Notes under the pieces: generated by a model
The model's input: only the letters and a program-made list of their open reading frames with translations
Told to the model about the DNA's origin: nothing
Database searches by the model: none
Shown: positions 5,106 through 6,519 of the stretch, piece by piece
How positions within the stretch are numbered: the first letter of the stretch is position 1
Layout: every line of letters starts with the position of its first letter
Assembly: GCA_037147375.1 (NCBI GenBank)
Contig: JBAWVI010000053.1
Coordinates: 1-6,519 of the forward strand
From: an archaeon
GTDB lineage: Archaea > Iainarchaeota > Iainarchaeia > Iainarchaeales > CSSED10-239
Length of the DNA: 6,519 bases
Reading direction: 5' to 3'
Translations under genes and position numbers: made by a program

Positions 5106-6519
5106 GCGTGTAATCCGGCATGTTCTGGTGCAACACCAAATTGTGTAAATGATAAGTGTGCTGCACAACCTGATCCACAACCTGCAAAAGCTGAATCCCA
5201 GAATATAGTTAGTGGACTTCTTGGAGGAGGTAGCGGAAATGTTCTTGGAGGAGTTCTTGGTGCTGTTACAGGTATCATTGACAAACTTGTTGGAGCAAAC
5301 CCACTCATACATGGACTTATTGGAGCAGCAATCTCTGGATTTTCAACTTATAGTAAATTAGACACAACTGTTGACTTCGTACTTACAAAAGATATGGTTA
5401 ATATATCTGGAGCAGAAACAGACTTTATTGATAACCCAACAGATATGGGTGCAGAAGATTATAAAACATATGGAGATGCATTGTACACAAATAAATTACA
5501 AGCATGTGATTATACAAGTAGAAATGCACCTATTAAATGTACTAATATGATAATAACTGATAAAAACATATTAGATATTGAATTTATTAAAACAAAACCT
5601 CTTAATGATCCTGAATTTATGAAGGATAATCTAAAAAAGAATCCAACATTTAGACTTGCAGAAGAAACAGAAGTTCTTGAACTTACAAATCTTGATGGAA
5701 ATAATGTAACTGGACAAAAGAGAGGTATTCTTTTCGAGGATGCAAACAAAACAATAGTTAATAGTTATGAATTTAGATACTTAATTGCAAGATATAATAA
5801 AGCTACATACACTAATAATATTGAAATAGAATTAAGAACATCAGACTTACTTGCAAACGGAATGTGGATGACTTATTTATTAATGCCATTCTCATCAGGT
5901 AAGAGCTTCTTAACACTTGATAAAGTTCTTCAAAATAATAAAGCTAAAGAAATTATAAATGATGTTAGAACAATAGACACTGTAACACAACCATTCCATT
6001 TACAATTTAATTCATGGACAACTGATGCTAATAAATCACTTGATTTAACACAACTTGATTGTCTAAATGAATCAGGTCAAGCACTTGGAACAACAGGAAC
6101 AGAAATACTTCCTAAAGTCTCATTTGATTGGCAATTTAATGCACACACATCAACAGCAATCAATGGTACTCAATTAAAGAATAATGAATGGTGTGATACT
6201 GATGCATCAGGAAAAACAAAGAATGGAATTTATTGTGATGCAACACAATTCTCAATTGAATTAATGCATAAATTAAATGCAATAGATACTTATGTAAAAG
6301 CACATTCAACTCAGTTTGTTTGTCCAACTCCAGGAGTTACACAAAAGCTTGTAACTGACATAAATAATTTTGGAATAACAAAATTGAATTCTGAATATGA
6401 TGGAATAAGAAATTTAACTATTAATTATATAGTTGATGGTAACTATGATTCAAACTTAATGGTTGCACCATTATATTCAATTGAATTTAAAATATATAAG
6501 ATGAATGCTGGAAATTGGA
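5028..6519 (+). CDS. Secreted protein, 3'-truncated by the window edge (at least 497 aa): signal peptide, 4-Cys module, Pro-rich linker, glycine zipper, large unassigned Cys-paired domain
   Basis: Translated by hand in the frame of ATG 5028; there is no stop codon through 6518 (last full codon TGG 6516..6518). It is missing from the ORF track only because it lacks an in-window stop. Codon bias matches gene 1, there is a Shine-Dalgarno upstream, and the N-terminus is a textbook signal peptide. The upstream ATG at 5020 is out of frame and stops after 3 codons. Confidence 0.85.
   Translation, partial: MRGKNLIWTIAIAIITLMIFAGTVHAACNPACSGATPNCVNDKCAAQPDPQPAKAESQNIVSGLLGGGSGNVLGGVLGAVTGIIDKLVGANPLIHGLIGAAISGFSTYSKLDTTVDFVLTKDMVNISGAETDFIDNPTDMGAEDYKTYGDALYTNKLQACDYTSRNAPIKCTNMIITDKNILDIEFIKTKPLNDPEFMKDNLKKNPTFRLAEETEVLELTNLDGNNVTGQKRGILFEDANKTIVNSYEFRYLIARYNKATYTNNIEIELRTSDLLANGMWMTYLLMPFSSGKSFLTLDKVLQNNKAKEIINDVRTIDTVTQPFHLQFNSWTTDANKSLDLTQLDCLNESGQALGTTGTEILPKVSFDWQFNAHTSTAINGTQLKNNEWCDTDASGKTKNGIYCDATQFSIELMHKLNAIDTYVKAHSTQFVCPTPGVTQKLVTDINNFGITKLNSEYDGIRNLTINYIVDGNYDSNLMVAPLYSIEFKIYKMNAGNW
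5109..5159 (+). other. 4-Cys mini-module at the mature N-terminus of gene 2 (CNPACSGATPNCVNDKC; C-x3-C-x6-C-x4-C) followed by the QPDPQP linker
   Basis: Read directly from the translation. Its size, the CNP tripeptide, the C-x6-C loop and the adjacent PDP linker echo the C-terminal modules of gene 1, although the overall Cys spacing differs. Confidence 0.7.
5214..5339 (+). other. Glycine-zipper hydrophobic segment (aa 63-104) with a perfect GxxxGxxxGxxxG core
   Basis: The sequence is GLLGGGSGNVLGGVLGAVTGIIDKLVGANPLIHGLIGAAISG. The core is G70-NVL-G74-GVL-G78-AVT-G82 (5235..5273). Its composition resembles glycine-zipper membrane segments of the SlyB/17-kDa-antigen type. The locally elevated GC explains the spurious antisense ORFs here. 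Confidence 0.65.

Noticed and set aside
5076-5312. Two overlapping minus-strand ORFs (5076..5312 and 5099..5308, 78 and 69 aa)
   Set aside because: Both lie antisense to the Gly/Ala/Val-rich, locally GC-richer part of gene 2. GGN, GCN and GTN codons give stop-free reverse frames. Two mutually exclusive frames being open at once is itself a sign of a compositional artefact.
5510-5749. 79-aa minus-strand ORF
   Set aside because: It is antisense inside the hand-verified open frame of gene 2. Its hydrophobic and Ser-rich product is typical of the reverse complement of AT-rich coding sequence.
1-6519. CRISPR arrays, tRNA/rRNA genes, IS or transposon ends, DGR template/variable-repeat pairs, inteins
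   Set aside because: I noticed no spaced identical repeats, cloverleaf-capable GC-rich segments, terminal inverted repeats, transposase, integrase or reverse-transcriptase motifs, or long near-identical nucleotide duplicates. The only non-coding stretch is 42 nt. A computational self-dot-plot would be needed to exclude diverged repeats completely.

Overview
Low-GC window (about one-third G+C by eye, not computed) that is almost entirely coding on the + strand. It holds two co-directional genes separated by a 42-nt AT-rich spacer. Gene 1 (6..4985, 1659 aa) encodes a giant extracellular or surface protein. It has an N-terminal hydrophobic anchor, six contiguous prealbumin/CarboxypepD_reg-like beta-sandwich domains, and a seventh copy after an unassignable insert of about 350 aa. 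These are followed by three PapD/ASH-like Ig modules, an amphipathic hydrophobic segment, a roughly 90-aa helical or coiled-coil stretch, and two C-terminal C-x4-C-x5-C-x6-C mini-modules. Gene 2 (5028 to the window edge, at least 497 aa) is NOT on the supplied ORF track, because it has no stop codon inside the window. I translated it by hand and it is open throughout. It has a classical signal peptide, a 4-Cys mini-module, a Pro-rich linker and a perfect GxxxGxxxGxxxG glycine zipper, followed by a large Cys-paired domain I cannot assign. I recognise no enzyme motif, RNA gene, CRISPR array, mobile element or long nucleotide repeat. The best candidate for something new is the pair itself: a long-stalk surface protein with a disulfide-rich distal tip, next to a secreted glycine-zipper protein that carries a similar Cys module and PDP linker. 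This could be an uncharacterised attachment or membrane-interaction module. Codon usage, a GGTG-type Shine-Dalgarno, a TATA-like box and the absence of a hairpin terminator fit a low-GC archaeon (DPANN or methanogen-like), but a low-GC bacterium is not excluded. Every functional statement here is inference from sequence patterns. No database search was possible.
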